64,000 nucleotides of DNA from positions 2,048,001-2,112,000 of the forward strand of contig OZ246001.1 in assembly GCA_965230295.1 (NCBI GenBank), read 5' to 3'. Both the position numbers and the translations under genes were made by a program. Source of the DNA: Marinicella sp. (GTDB taxonomy: Bacteria > Pseudomonadota > Gammaproteobacteria > Xanthomonadales > Marinicellaceae). Under the pieces are notes generated by a model. That model saw only the letters and a program-made list of their open reading frames with translations, was not told where the DNA came from and ran no database searches. Positions 37,600 through 48,552 of this stretch are shown here, one piece after another; within the stretch, counting starts at the first letter, position 1; each line of letters starts with the position of its first letter.

Positions 37600-38826
37600 A
37601 TGAAAAATTTTTTGATGCTGACCCTTTTATTGACCTCGGTATTTTCATATGCCCAAAAAAATTGGGTTTATAAAACAGATGGAATGGTGGTGGGTCAACC
37701 ATTGATCCACAATGATCAAATCTATGTACTGTCTGGCCAGTCGTTGTCTGTATTGAAAAAAAATGGCGAGTTGATCTGGCAATACAGCATCGGGGCAAAC
37801 ACCTACAGCAGCGTAGAAATAAATAACGGGCAGATATACGTTCTGGCTGATGATGGCGTTCATGCCTTGAACCAACAAGGGGAAAAGCAGTGGTTTTTTC
37901 CGACTCAAGACAAAGCCTCATCGGTAAATGGCAAAAGCTGGGGGTGGGGTGATGAGGTGTTTCAAGATCCGTGGTCCTGGTACCGTTCGTCACCCGTTTA
38001 CGTTGACGGAAAAATTGTATTTGGGAACGCCAGCGGCACTTACGCCATATCGGCCAAAGATGGCACGTTGGTATGGCATATCGATACCGGTGTAACCCAT
38101 ACAAAACCGGCTGTTTTTGAGAATATGGTGTATGTAGGAAGCTGGAACAATAAGTTGTATGCAATTGATGTCAATTCCGGAGCTGTGGTTTGGGAGTTCA
38201 TTTCGCGCATACCTCAGGGAGAATCGACCAATTGGATTGGCTGGAAAGGGTTTAACTTGTCTCCGACTGTTTTTAATGGCGTCATTTATGTTGGTAACAG
38301 AGGCACTTATTTTTATGCGATAGATGCAAAAAGTGGTGTTGAAAAATGGAGCAGTAAATATGCGGGAACTTGGATCGGCTCACCAGCAATTGAGAGTGAT
38401 GGAATCCTTTATTTTGGGACCTCCGATGGCATGTCTTTGATTGGGCACCATGCCAAATCAGGGGCACAAACTTTATTGCACATGAATGATTTTTATAATT
38501 TTGCACAACCTCAGGCCGATGAAAGCAGGGTTTTTTATGCATCACTTTCAGGACGGCTGTATTCAGTTGATAAAAAAACATGGAAAGGAACATTGTTGTA
38601 TTCAACTTCGGCCAGCAGGGAAAACTACGCCGATTTGGTCAAAGCCGAAGGTGGTCTAAAGCGTTATTACAGCGGTATTGAGAAATACAGCAACCAAACT
38701 GAGATGAAAGACATCAAACGCATGCACAATAAGTTGGGTTCGATTTTAAGTATGACATTGCATGATGGAGTCATTTACTTGGGCGGTGCGGATGGCAATG
38801 TACATGCGATAAACTTGAACCGGTGA
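37600..38826 (+). CDS. Secreted PQQ-like beta-propeller repeat protein
   Basis: Signal peptide; repeated YAIDxxxGxxxW motifs. Confidence 0.85.
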   Translation: MKNFLMLTLLLTSVFSYAQKNWVYKTDGMVVGQPLIHNDQIYVLSGQSLSVLKKNGELIWQYSIGANTYSSVEINNGQIYVLADDGVHALNQQGEKQWFFPTQDKASSVNGKSWGWGDEVFQDPWSWYRSSPVYVDGKIVFGNASGTYAISAKDGTLVWHIDTGVTHTKPAVFENMVYVGSWNNKLYAIDVNSGAVVWEFISRIPQGESTNWIGWKGFNLSPTVFNGVIYVGNRGTYFYAIDAKSGVEKWSSKYAGTWIGSPAIESDGILYFGTSDGMSLIGHHAKSGAQTLLHMNDFYNFAQPQADESRVFYASLSGRLYSVDKKTWKGTLLYSTSASRENYADLVKAEGGLKRYYSGIEKYSNQTEMKDIKRMHNKLGSILSMTLHDGVIYLGGADGNVHAINLNR

Positions 38827-38890
38827 ATGGAGCTCCAAAAACATTCCTTTATCAGAACTTTCGTGGATTCATTCCCGGACAAAGGCACAA

Positions 38891-39613
38891 CTATTGGGGT
38901 TCTAATGCCACCAAAGAAGTCACTTGATTCAATGCCAGTTGTTTGATTTGTTGGATTATTTTGGCAGCTGAAGGATTTTTTTGTGCATTCGAGTGCGCTT
39001 GCAAGGCCTCGGACATTGATCCATGAAAAGACAGTATAACCAGATCTGTATCTGATCCAGCATCTGCAAACAATGGGTGCCACAGTGGTTGCTTCAGGTC
39101 TTTTTGGATCACCACCAGTTTGTCGATCAATGCTTGTACTTTCTTTTTGGCAGCGGCTTGTAACTGGTATTCTTGTACATACAAATAAGGGTGTTGCTTA
39201 AACAGTGGATTCATTACTTCCAGAGGTGGTCCCACGACAAACAAGTCTTCTTTAAACTCAGCCATATCCGCCAACATTGCCACCTGGGTATGGTGTTGGC
39301 CATGCGCTTCGCGTCTTTTGGTTAAACTGTTCGGTGAAAAATAAGCCCCGTAAGAAATCATCGGATGCAGTGAAAATATTTCCCAGTGGTTGCCTTGTAT
39401 CAATTGGCCCACATGAGGTTCTTGAACACTCCAGCCGTCAAAAAAATTGGCTTGAGCCATGGCTTTGTGTGTCTCTAAAAATGATGCCACACGCCCCCCT
39501 TCGGTTTTGATCAGCTCCAGTCGGTACAAGACAGGCTGTGCATTGGCTTGCACGATAAGAAAAGTTAAAATCAACCAGCTGATGAGTTTTGCTGAACTGT
39601 TGTTGAATTTCAT
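38891..39613 (-). CDS. Secreted hypothetical protein
   Basis: Long ORF, GGGAG SD, signal peptide ending ANA-Q. Confidence 0.6.
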   Translation of the reverse strand: MKFNNSSAKLISWLILTFLIVQANAQPVLYRLELIKTEGGRVASFLETHKAMAQANFFDGWSVQEPHVGQLIQGNHWEIFSLHPMISYGAYFSPNSLTKRREAHGQHHTQVAMLADMAEFKEDLFVVGPPLEVMNPLFKQHPYLYVQEYQLQAAAKKKVQALIDKLVVIQKDLKQPLWHPLFADAGSDTDLVILSFHGSMSEALQAHSNAQKNPSAAKIIQQIKQLALNQVTSLVALEPQ

Positions 39614-39754
39614 GATACATACTCCCACTACATGCGTGTACCCATTATAAATACAAAAGTCTGTTGGGTGAAAGTAATGAGGTCAGCCGACAGTTTTTTG
39701 CGGCAGGTCGTTATCAGCTTTCATCAGTTCAGGAAGTCGTGAACGCACAGGGCC

Positions 39755-40999
39755 TTAAGGTTTGTCGGCGAACAAAATCACACCACTGGCTTGTTGTTCC
39801 CGATCGAATATGGTGAAGTAGCTGGCCATCAAAGGTAAGCCAAATATGCATTGATTGGGCCAGCCTTGTAACGTTGTGATTTGAAAGGAGGCTTGGTTCG
39901 GGGCTGGTGCATGGATTTGCCAGTAGTCATGTGGACGCAGTTCCAGCTCAACAGTCTCACCTTCTAAGCCTTCCAATTCAAAATAAATACTTGGCCAGGC
40001 ATCCATATCAATCAGGGACAAATCAACCCCCACTTCAACACCGGTGAATGTGCCATAGGGCTCAAGGACAGTTTTGAAGTCTGGATTGATATGGGTCAGT
40101 TCATTGATCAAATGATCATACAACACTTGTGGTAAAACGATGTAAGAAGCCCCGCTGTCAACAATGCCATTGGTGCGGTGGTTGAGGTCAGATTCGTCTA
40201 ATTCTGGTGCGTTGATGGATTCGCTGTTGCCCACCCGCATGCGGTGCACATGCACGTTGTAGTATTTGTCATCCAACACTTTGACTTTTTTGAATTTTCC
40301 TTGGTAAAGGTGCTGGTGTAATTTGGGTTTACCTAACACGAAAAATCCCCGATTCAGTGGATGAAAGCTCAGTTGTTTTTGGCTTTTTACACTGCTGGTT
40401 TGGTAAATGCTGGATCGGTGAACCACAAAGGCGAATTGATTACCCACCACACCTTGTTGTTCCAGCTGTGTAAAGTAAGGTGTGAGGTATGATTTGGGGT
40501 ATTGCTTGATGAAGGATTTGTTTTCCCTGATGGTGTCGTCTTGTTCTTCTTCAGCCAAGAACCAAGGGTAAGTGTGTGCCGGATCGACATTGTATTCAGT
40601 TAAATATTCAGTCAGGTCGTAAGCCTTGTTCAACTCATAGTAGGCCAACCCCATGATGCCATCGGCATCAGCGAAGCTGCTTTGTTGTTCTTTTCGGGTA
40701 ACAGCGATGTGTATGTTGTCAGCGACCACAGAAAAAGGGCCATCACCCATGGCCACTTCGGTTTTGACCACCGGGCCAAACCAGCCGCCTTTGCCATAAG
40801 TTCGGTTTTGTGCAAAACAGGTGGCTTGCAATGAGCCATCATCACAGGGTTGGTAATCCTCTCCTTGAACCACCAAAGCGCTGGACCCTGAATCAAGAAT
40901 CAAGTTGGCGGTGGCGCCTTCACTGCCCACTTTGATTTGTGCTGTGAAGCCACCTTTGGCAAAGACATTGGTGATGGGAATGATGACTGATTTTGGCAT
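39755..40999 (-). CDS. Pepsin-like aspartic protease (family A1)
   Basis: Two catalytic motifs LILDSGSS and GIVDSGAS, flap TYGKG, DGIMGL, CIFGLP, YFTIFDR. Confidence 0.88.
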   Translation of the reverse strand: MPKSVIIPITNVFAKGGFTAQIKVGSEGATANLILDSGSSALVVQGEDYQPCDDGSLQATCFAQNRTYGKGGWFGPVVKTEVAMGDGPFSVVADNIHIAVTRKEQQSSFADADGIMGLAYYELNKAYDLTEYLTEYNVDPAHTYPWFLAEEEQDDTIRENKSFIKQYPKSYLTPYFTQLEQQGVVGNQFAFVVHRSSIYQTSSVKSQKQLSFHPLNRGFFVLGKPKLHQHLYQGKFKKVKVLDDKYYNVHVHRMRVGNSESINAPELDESDLNHRTNGIVDSGASYIVLPQVLYDHLINELTHINPDFKTVLEPYGTFTGVEVGVDLSLIDMDAWPSIYFELEGLEGETVELELRPHDYWQIHAPAPNQASFQITTLQGWPNQCIFGLPLMASYFTIFDREQQASGVILFADKP

Positions 41000-41061
41000 A
41001 AGTATAGGTTATTTGATTCGATTTGGATAAACTGGTATTGATGTGTTGATCATCAGTTTGA

Positions 41062-42318
41062 CTATGAAATTTTTAGCAAGTCAGACCAGCGTGTTGTGTA
41101 ATTGGGTGATTTGGCATTGGCACGCATCGCCCACTTTTCAGCAAAGCCGAGACTGGCAAATTTCAAACGGTCTTTGCCGAATTTTTGATTGATATCATCT
41201 AAACACTGCATCAATGCTGGCCTGGTCTTGTTGGTGGTGAATAAGTCGGGCTGGTAACAGGTTTTCGGTGTCAGTTCATTGAGCATGATACCGGCTTTCT
41301 TGTAGCCTAAATGTTTGCGATAAATCTTTTGTAAACCCGATTCGATGGCCTGGATGAAAACCCCTGTGTCATCGCTGGGTTCTGTGAGTGATAAAGTCAG
41401 AGACGGTTGGTATAGATAGTCGCGGTTTTTTTTGTTGGCATATAAAAACAAACTCACCACACGTGCCAAAGAGCCTTGGTTTCTGAGCTTTTCACAACAT
41501 CGGCTGATGTGGTATGACAACGATTCTTTTAAGTCCTGATAGTCATTGATGGTATGGCCAAATGAACGTGAATTCAGAATGCTTTTTTTGTTGACGGGAC
41601 CATCTTCAAATTCTATACATGCAACGCCCCTGAGTTCGAGTACCATGCGTTCCATGTTGACAGAAAACTTGCGTCGCAAGGTTGCATGATCAGCCTGATG
41701 TAAGTCCCAGGCGGTGTTGATGTGGTTGCGCGTCAAGGCTTTGGATAACCGGCGACCCACGCCCCAGATCTTATTCACGGGCATTCGTTTAAGCCAATAT
41801 TCACGGGTGGTTTTGTTGCTTAAGTCAACCACCCCATGACTGGCAGCCTTGTTTTTTTTGGCCACATGATTGGCCAGCTTGGCCAAAGTCTTGGTGGGGC
41901 CAAAGCCAACACAAACGGGCAAGGATAAACACTGGTTCAGTTGCTGTTTGATCCTCAAACCAATCGTTCTCAAAGGCTCCTGGAAGCCTTCAAAACACAT
42001 GAACGATTCATCAACAGAATAGCTGGTCACTTGATCACAGTGTTTTTTTAATAATTGGTTAAAACGTTGAGAAATGTCCCCATATAGGCAGTAATTGGAG
42101 GAGAACCATTTGATTTGATGTTTGTTAACCAGGTGCTTGACTTCATGAAAGGGTACAGCCATACCAATTCCCAAAGCTTTAGCCTCTTCAGATATCGAGA
42201 TCACACAACCGTCGTTGTTACTCAGGACAATCATTGGTTGGCCATTCAGCTCCGGACGGAATATACGCTCGCACGAGACATAAAAACTGTTGACATCACA
42301 TAAGGCGTAAGTTTTCAC
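41062..42318 (-). CDS. umuC: Y-family DNA polymerase V subunit
   Basis: DVNSFYVSCE, SNNDGC, YSVDE, TKTLAK, SPNYTTRW; GTG start overlaps the umuD stop. Confidence 0.93.
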   Translation of the reverse strand: MKTYALCDVNSFYVSCERIFRPELNGQPMIVLSNNDGCVISISEEAKALGIGMAVPFHEVKHLVNKHQIKWFSSNYCLYGDISQRFNQLLKKHCDQVTSYSVDESFMCFEGFQEPLRTIGLRIKQQLNQCLSLPVCVGFGPTKTLAKLANHVAKKNKAASHGVVDLSNKTTREYWLKRMPVNKIWGVGRRLSKALTRNHINTAWDLHQADHATLRRKFSVNMERMVLELRGVACIEFEDGPVNKKSILNSRSFGHTINDYQDLKESLSYHISRCCEKLRNQGSLARVVSLFLYANKKNRDYLYQPSLTLSLTEPSDDTGVFIQAIESGLQKIYRKHLGYKKAGIMLNELTPKTCYQPDLFTTNKTRPALMQCLDDINQKFGKDRLKFASLGFAEKWAMRANAKSPNYTTRWSDLLKIS

Positions 42319-42737
42319 TTCAATGACCTGGCCACTCCGGTCACCACACCCCAAATGACCAATTCTGTTTCACCGGTGATGACGATGTCCTTGTAATTAT
42401 GGTTCTCAGCCCGTAAACGCAACCCGCCCTGGGTACACAGGCGCTTGACAGTGAATTCGTTGTTGACCAATGCCACCACAATGTCTTTGTCAGCCGCTGC
42501 ATACGACCGGTCAATGACCAAGACATCATTTTGATAAATACCGGCCCCAATCATGGAATCGCCTTCAACCCGTGCTAAAAAAGTACTCTCTCGGTTTTTG
42601 ATCAGTAGCTGATCCAGGCTCAATGAATCTTCCAGGTGTTCATCCACAACGCCAGGAAAACCTGCTGAAATTTTTCCAGAATAGAACGGGATGTTGGTGT
42701 AGTTGCCTTGTGGCTTGAGGATGGTTACTTTGCTCAT
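42315..42737 (-). CDS. umuD: UmuD-like S24 autopeptidase
   Basis: SAGFP cleavage site, GDSM, TVKRL, IWGVV. Confidence 0.92.
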   Translation of the reverse strand: MSKVTILKPQGNYTNIPFYSGKISAGFPGVVDEHLEDSLSLDQLLIKNRESTFLARVEGDSMIGAGIYQNDVLVIDRSYAAADKDIVVALVNNEFTVKRLCTQGGLRLRAENHNYKDIVITGETELVIWGVVTGVARSLK

Positions 42738-42872
42738 TGACTAACCTGTGAAGATATTGATTATATTTTAGCAGCCAAGCCCTTAAAAAAAAGCTTTATT
42801 AGAAAATGATACATATGACAGGTGCCAGTCGATGGTTATAATGTTGAGCTTTTGAATGAATCCCGGTTTATT

Positions 42873-44537
42873 ATGCGAGTGTTATTGATGAGTTTATTGT
42901 TCAGTTCAACCTGGTTGTTTGCAGCCACCCAACAAAACGAAGCCGTTGATGCCATATTTGCCAAATGGGATCAGCCTGATGTGCCAGGTGCAGCCGTGGG
43001 CGTTTTCCATGAGGGTCAAATCATTTATGCCCGAGGTTATGGCATGGCCAATCTGGAATATGACATCCCCAATTCTGCAGATTCGGTGTTCCGCATTGGT
43101 TCCACATCGAAACAGTTCACTGCCGCTTGTGTGGTGTTGTTGGCGCAGCAAGGCAAACTGAAATTAACCGATACCCTGGATCAATACTTCCCTGATTTTC
43201 CAGCCTATGCCAAAAAAATCACCATCAACCAACTGATGCACCACAGCAGTGGCATGAGGGATTATCTGATGTTGGCATTCTTAAAAGGCTTGAGTGAAGC
43301 GCACTACTATCAGGACAAAGATGTGATGCAATGGCTGGTCAACCAAACTGAATTGAATTTTGAGCCAGGAGATGAACATTTGTACAGCAATTCTGGTTAT
43401 TGGCTGTTGGGGCAAATTGTGAATAAAGCAGCGGGGATGAACATGGCTGATTATGCAGCCCAAGAAATATTCAAGCCCTTGGGCATGGCCCACACCCATT
43501 TTCACAATGACCACAAGCGCATTGTGAGAAACCGGGCATCAGGCTATTTACCCACCGGTGAATTTGACTATGAAATCAGCATGACGCACTTGGACATGAT
43601 TGGTGATGGCGGTGTCTTCACCACCATCAATGACATCAAAAAATGGGACGATGCTTATTATGGTTCTGATGTTTTGAATGCCGGATTCTGGCAGATCATG
43701 ACCCAAGTGGGTGTGTTGAACAACGGTGAAAAGATGGATTATGCCGGCGGTCTGATTTTGGATGAGTACAAGGGCTTAGAGACCATCAGCCATGGAGGCG
43801 CCTTTGTTGGTTACCGTGCTGAATTGTTGCGTTTTCCGTCGCAGAAATTTTCAGTGGCCATCTTCACCAACCGCGGTGATGCCAATCCATCTTCGATGGC
43901 GTTAGAAGTGGCCGATGTTTTTCTGGAAAAATTCTACCAACCAGAACAAGAATCAGCTGAATCTGACCAAGATTCAAGTGAGCAAAAAGCTGAGGCCGAA
44001 CTCAAGGAAATGACGCATGAACAACTGGTGGGCGGCTATGAATTACAACCCGGGATCCGATTGTTGATCACCGAACAAGGCGGTGTTTTACATACCAAAC
44101 AATTATGGAACGGTAAAGAATACGATTTAACCCCTAATCAAAATACCAATCAATTTCAAATAGCTGATGACACTAAGATCACTTTCACGTTCTCAGCATT
44201 GTCTGAGGGACATTCACAGGTATTAACGGTGTTTCAAATGGGCGAAAATACGCCTTGGAAAAGGGTCAATGATTTTGATGCCAGCGGGGTTGATTTGAAT
44301 GACTTCGTGGGAGATTACCACAGTGAAGAGTTGGCTGTGACTTACCATTTGAGAATGGCAGATGAACAGTTAACCGTTCAAGTGGGTAACATCGAACCGG
44401 TGGTGTTGAATGTGGCCGCTGAAGATGAGTTGACCTATCAGGGCAGTATCTGGAAATTTGACAGGAATGAAGATCAAATCACCGGCTTTAAAATGACAGC
44501 TGGACGGGTACAAAATCTGAAATTTACCAAACGTTGA
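42873..44537 (+). CDS. Serine hydrolase (D-aminopeptidase/AmpC-like) with C-terminal domains
   Basis: Signal peptide; GSTSK, YSN, HGG. Confidence 0.88.
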   Translation: MRVLLMSLLFSSTWLFAATQQNEAVDAIFAKWDQPDVPGAAVGVFHEGQIIYARGYGMANLEYDIPNSADSVFRIGSTSKQFTAACVVLLAQQGKLKLTDTLDQYFPDFPAYAKKITINQLMHHSSGMRDYLMLAFLKGLSEAHYYQDKDVMQWLVNQTELNFEPGDEHLYSNSGYWLLGQIVNKAAGMNMADYAAQEIFKPLGMAHTHFHNDHKRIVRNRASGYLPTGEFDYEISMTHLDMIGDGGVFTTINDIKKWDDAYYGSDVLNAGFWQIMTQVGVLNNGEKMDYAGGLILDEYKGLETISHGGAFVGYRAELLRFPSQKFSVAIFTNRGDANPSSMALEVADVFLEKFYQPEQESAESDQDSSEQKAEAELKEMTHEQLVGGYELQPGIRLLITEQGGVLHTKQLWNGKEYDLTPNQNTNQFQIADDTKITFTFSALSEGHSQVLTVFQMGENTPWKRVNDFDASGVDLNDFVGDYHSEELAVTYHLRMADEQLTVQVGNIEPVVLNVAAEDELTYQGSIWKFDRNEDQITGFKMTAGRVQNLKFTKR

Positions 44538-44670
44538 ACCTACATAACAAAGGCAGTGGCTCTCATTGGCACCAAAGTAGACTGCGGTGAACCCATGAAT
44601 TCATGACTTCGCATTGCAGTCATTCATGGTATATAGTGGATCGTATTCACGTAATTTGGTAGACCCTACA

Positions 44671-45420
44671 ATGAAATATGTTCTGACTTTGGTTGTTTTT
44701 TTGTTTCTGATTTTGGCCATGTGGTTGTGGGTTGATCCGATCCCACAAGATTTAAACTACCACGCTTTTGCTGATGCCCACACAATGCTGGGTATCCCAC
44801 ATTTTTGGAACGTGATGTCTAATCTGCCATTTGTGGTGGTTGGTTTGATGGGGGTTTGGTCACTCAGCCAAAACCAGTTGCGGGTGGCAGCAGATTACCG
44901 CCAGTTTTACTGGGTGTTTTTCTTGGGCATCATAGCCGTCGGTTTTGGTTCCGGTTGGTATCATCTAAACCCCAATAACGACACTTTGGTCTGGGATCGG
45001 TTGCCCATGACGGTGGCGTTTATGGCTTTCTTCAGTGTCATCCTGGCTGAACATGTCAATGCCCAATTAGGCAAGCGTCTGCTGTGGCCATTGATCATCG
45101 TTGGCTTATTCAGCATTGTTTATTGGCAATACACCGAATCCATCGGCGCAGGTGATTTGCGCTGGTATGGGCTGGTGCAGTTTTTACCGCTGGTCATGAT
45201 CCCCATCATTTTTGTTACTTACCCTAAAAAGTTCAGTCACATCCATCTGTTGTGGTGGTTTTTAGGCATGTATGTGGTGGCCAAACTCCTGGAACATTTT
45301 GATGGTCAGATTTTCGCCACCTTATCAGTGATCAGTGGCCACAGCTTGAAACATGTGGCGGCGGCCATCGGGGTTTATTTTTATTGGCGTTATTTACGGA
45401 TTCGGGTCGGGGTCCGTTGA
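44671..45420 (+). CDS. Ceramidase-like (CREST) membrane protein
   Basis: NVMSNLPF, GSGWYH, WDRLPM, SGHSLKH. Confidence 0.8.
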   Translation: MKYVLTLVVFLFLILAMWLWVDPIPQDLNYHAFADAHTMLGIPHFWNVMSNLPFVVVGLMGVWSLSQNQLRVAADYRQFYWVFFLGIIAVGFGSGWYHLNPNNDTLVWDRLPMTVAFMAFFSVILAEHVNAQLGKRLLWPLIIVGLFSIVYWQYTESIGAGDLRWYGLVQFLPLVMIPIIFVTYPKKFSHIHLLWWFLGMYVVAKLLEHFDGQIFATLSVISGHSLKHVAAAIGVYFYWRYLRIRVGVR

Positions 45421-45759
45421 ATTCAGTTTTCGTTTTTTTTCTTGGATTCTTTGTACGATGCGGTTCACTGGATCTCTCGGGTTGAGTTGGATTGGGATGA
45501 TAAACACAGCCAACAACCAACAGATCAGGTCAAAGAGCAACACCCATTGCCATGAGAAATAGTCCAGCAGCCAATAGTTGCTGATGCCAATCGGTATTAA
45601 AAACAGGGCGAATGCAAGCTGACCCAAGATGCTGAAAAAAATATTCAGACGATAACGGGCGTTACAGATCTGACACTTCAATGGAAATGAAAAAGCCATA
45701 AAAATCTTTTTCCACCAGATTAATCCTTCTTGTCCACAAACTTCACATTTCATACCCAT
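45394..45759 (-). CDS. Hypothetical membrane protein with two CxxC motifs
   Basis: CEVC...CQIC followed by two TM helices; co-oriented with arsH. Confidence 0.55.
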   Translation of the reverse strand: MGMKCEVCGQEGLIWWKKIFMAFSFPLKCQICNARYRLNIFFSILGQLAFALFLIPIGISNYWLLDYFSWQWVLLFDLICWLLAVFIIPIQLNPRDPVNRIVQRIQEKKRKLNSTDPDPNP

Positions 45760-45770
45760 CAGACCATGGC

Positions 45771-46484
45771 TTATTCAGAACGTTCACTGATGCGTTTTTT
45801 AAAAGCCACCAAATCTTCCTTGCGTTCCGAATACCGGTCCACCATATGATCCTTGATGTCGCGAGTCAACAAAGTGAATTTCACCAATTCTTCCATCACA
45901 TCGACAATGCGATCATACAAAGAAGAGGGCTTCATGCGGTTATCATCATCGAATTCTAACCAGGCTTTGGGCACAGAAGATTGATTGGGGATGGTCAACA
46001 AACGCATCCAGCGGCCCAATACCCGCAGTTGATTAACGGTGTTGAACGATTGAGATCCGCCATTGACTTGCATCACGGCTAAAGTCTTGCCTTGGGTTGG
46101 TCTTACCGAGCCGACTGACAAAGGAATCCAATCAATTTGCGACTTCATGATGCCAGTCATTGAACCATGGCGTTCAGGTGAACACCAGACCATGCCTTCT
46201 GACCATTTGACCAGTTCATGCAGCTCTTGTACTTTCGGGTGACTGCCATCGTTGGTGTCGGGTTGTGGCAACCCAGAAGGATCAAAGGTTTTGGTTTCCG
46301 CCCCAAAATATTGCAAGATGCGCGCGGCTTCTTCGGTGGCCAAGCGGCTGAAAGACCGTTCACGCAATGAGCCATACAACAACAAGATCCGTGGTTTGTG
46401 GTCAGATATTTGGTTGTTGAACAGGGTTTCCTGATCAATCGGCTGGATACTTTCGGTATCGATATTGGGTAGGTCTTTAAACAT
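45771..46484 (-). CDS. arsH: Arsenical resistance flavoprotein
   Basis: [37 protein letters not shown]. Confidence 0.95.
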   Translation of the reverse strand: MFKDLPNIDTESIQPIDQETLFNNQISDHKPRILLLYGSLRERSFSRLATEEAARILQYFGAETKTFDPSGLPQPDTNDGSHPKVQELHELVKWSEGMVWCSPERHGSMTGIMKSQIDWIPLSVGSVRPTQGKTLAVMQVNGGSQSFNTVNQLRVLGRWMRLLTIPNQSSVPKAWLEFDDDNRMKPSSLYDRIVDVMEELVKFTLLTRDIKDHMVDRYSERKEDLVAFKKRISERSE

Positions 46485-46504
46485 GACTGTTCTCTTCTAA
46501 AATG

Positions 46505-46729
46505 GTCATTCTGCGGCTTGACCACAGAATCCAGGTGACATTAACTTCAATTTCATTATTCAATTACTGAACTGAAAAATTCTCTACCTGGATCCTGCGG
46601 TCAAGCCGCAGGATGACGTTAGTTCTTTATTGACTTAAATCTGCCGTTGGCTGAGCACTTCGGCCAGCTCAGCACAAGCTGGAGTCGAAGCCATTTTAAT
46701 GTGTTCACTTCGACTACACTCAGTAAACG
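46505..46729. repeat. REP cluster between acr3 and arsH
   Basis: Inverted GTCAT(T/C)CTGCGGCTTGACC pair (46505-46533, 46589-46617) plus CTTCGAC-type units. Confidence 0.75.
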
Positions 46730-46731
46730 TT

Positions 46732-47739
46732 TCAATTAAACCAATGCCGGGTCCGGTTGGCAAAAGCCACCAATGACAACATCACCGGTACTTCAACCAG
46801 GACCCCAACCACAGTGGCCAAGGCTGCGCCTGAATTCAAACCAAACAATGAAATGGCCACCGCCACCGCCAACTCAAAAAAGTTTGACGTGCCGATCATA
46901 CAAGCCGGCGCAGCGATGTCATGCGACATCCGCAAGCGCTTGGCGATGAAATAAGCGATGAAGAAAATGCCATAGGTTTGGATCAGCAAAGGGATGGCAA
47001 TCAACACAATGGCGGTCGGGTTGTCGATGATTTTTTCAGCTTGGAAGCCAAACAACAAGACCACAGTTGCCAACAAGCCAATGATTGACCAAGGCTTTAG
47101 CGTGTGTAACAAACCCTCAATGCGGTTGTGCAGTAGTTTGCGCGTTATGGCACCGGCGATCAGTGGTAACAGTACATACAGCACCACCGAAAGTACCAGT
47201 GTTTCCCATGGGATTTCGATGTCGTTGATGCCAAGCAGGAAAGCCGCTATCGGTGCAAAGGCAAAGATCATGATCACATCATTGACCGACACCTGAACCA
47301 AAGTGTAATTGGGGTTGCCCTTGGTCAGTTGACTCCAGACAAACACCATCGCCGTACATGGTGCGACACCCAACAGGATCATCCCTGCGATGTATTCATT
47401 GGCGGTTTGTGGATCGACCCAACTGGCAAAAAACACCTTGAAAAACAGGTAGCCCAGGGCCGCCATGGTGAACGGTTTGACCAGCCAGTTGATCACCAAA
47501 GTCAGGATCAGTCCCTTGGGGTTTTTGCCAGAATCTTTGACCGCGGAAAAATCCACTTGCACCATCATGGGGTAAATCATCACCCAAATCAGCACCGCCA
47601 CCACCAGGTTCACGTGGGCATATTCCAATGCCGCAATCTGTTGAAACAATGCCGGGAAATAATTACCCAACACCACGCCTGCCAAAATACACAAGCCCAC
47701 CCAAACCGATAAATACCTTTCAAATAATCCCATATTCAA
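46732..47739 (-). CDS. acr3: ACR3 family arsenite efflux transporter
   Basis: [34 protein letters not shown]. Confidence 0.95.
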   Translation of the reverse strand: MNMGLFERYLSVWVGLCILAGVVLGNYFPALFQQIAALEYAHVNLVVAVLIWVMIYPMMVQVDFSAVKDSGKNPKGLILTLVINWLVKPFTMAALGYLFFKVFFASWVDPQTANEYIAGMILLGVAPCTAMVFVWSQLTKGNPNYTLVQVSVNDVIMIFAFAPIAAFLLGINDIEIPWETLVLSVVLYVLLPLIAGAITRKLLHNRIEGLLHTLKPWSIIGLLATVVLLFGFQAEKIIDNPTAIVLIAIPLLIQTYGIFFIAYFIAKRLRMSHDIAAPACMIGTSNFFELAVAVAISLFGLNSGAALATVVGVLVEVPVMLSLVAFANRTRHWFN

Positions 47740-47760
47740 TCATCTATATTTTGTTAATAA

Positions 47761-47980
47761 CGTCATACCGGCGAAGGCCGGTATCCAGTGTCTTTGTCTA
47801 GGTCACTTTGATAAAAGCATTGAATAGACAAAACTACTCCATTTGCAATCTTCAATTCATACCCATGTTCACTTCGACTGCTGTCTGTGCTGAGCCTGTC
47901 GCAGTACTCAGTGAACGAAAAATGATTGGGTCCGTTGGCTGAACACTTCGGCCAGCTCAGCACAAGCTGGAGTCGAAGCC
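47761..47980. repeat. REP cluster between arsC and acr3
   Basis: GTCATACCGGCGAAGGCCGGTATCCA; 47932-47980 nearly identical to 46644-46692. Confidence 0.75.
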
Positions 47981-47991
47981 TCTTTTCTGTT

Positions 47992-48426
47992 TCATTGCTC
48001 TGTCAAAACCTCCTCAATCCCCACCACAAAATCCCGAATCTCATTCCTGACTTTGCGGTAACAATCCAACTGACTGTCTTCATCATCAAACATGGCCGCC
48101 ATTTTGGGTGGATCTTCAAAACCCACATGGATCACCTGCGTGTCGCCATGAAAGACCGGACAACTCTCATGGGCATGGCCACAAACCGTGAACACATAAT
48201 CCAAGGACTGATCATCAAATTCAGACAACAACTGAGATTGTTGTCCGGAAATATCCACACCAGCTTCAGCCATCGCTTTGACCGCATTGGGGTTCAAGCC
48301 ATGCGTTTCGATGCCTGCTGAGTACACATTGAATTGGTCACCTTTCAAATGACGCAACCAACCTTCAGCCATCTGTGAGCGACAGGAATTTCCTGTGCAT
48401 AAAAATAAGATGTTTTTCTTATCCAT
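47992..48426 (-). CDS. arsC: Arsenate reductase (LMW-PTP type)
   Basis: CTGNSCRSQMAEG, TVCG..ESCP, FEDP. Confidence 0.95.
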   Translation of the reverse strand: MDKKNILFLCTGNSCRSQMAEGWLRHLKGDQFNVYSAGIETHGLNPNAVKAMAEAGVDISGQQSQLLSEFDDQSLDYVFTVCGHAHESCPVFHGDTQVIHVGFEDPPKMAAMFDDEDSQLDCYRKVRNEIRDFVVGIEEVLTEQ

Positions 48427-48466
48427 GTCGATTTTATACCCTTAATTTTTAAAATAGATTTGAAGG

Positions 48467-48529
48467 CGTCATCCTCGGGCTTGACCCGGGGATCCATAGC
48501 AGAGCGGGTTCGAACTCAGTTCGAAAATA
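48467..48529. repeat. REP-like palindrome between arsR and arsC
   Basis: Near-copy of 20462-20523. Confidence 0.75.
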
Positions 48530-48552
48530 AAACATGATGAAGTAATCAATCA

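Noticed and set aside
47763-47963. 66-aa ORF between arsC and acr3
   Set aside because: Largely composed of REP-like repeats
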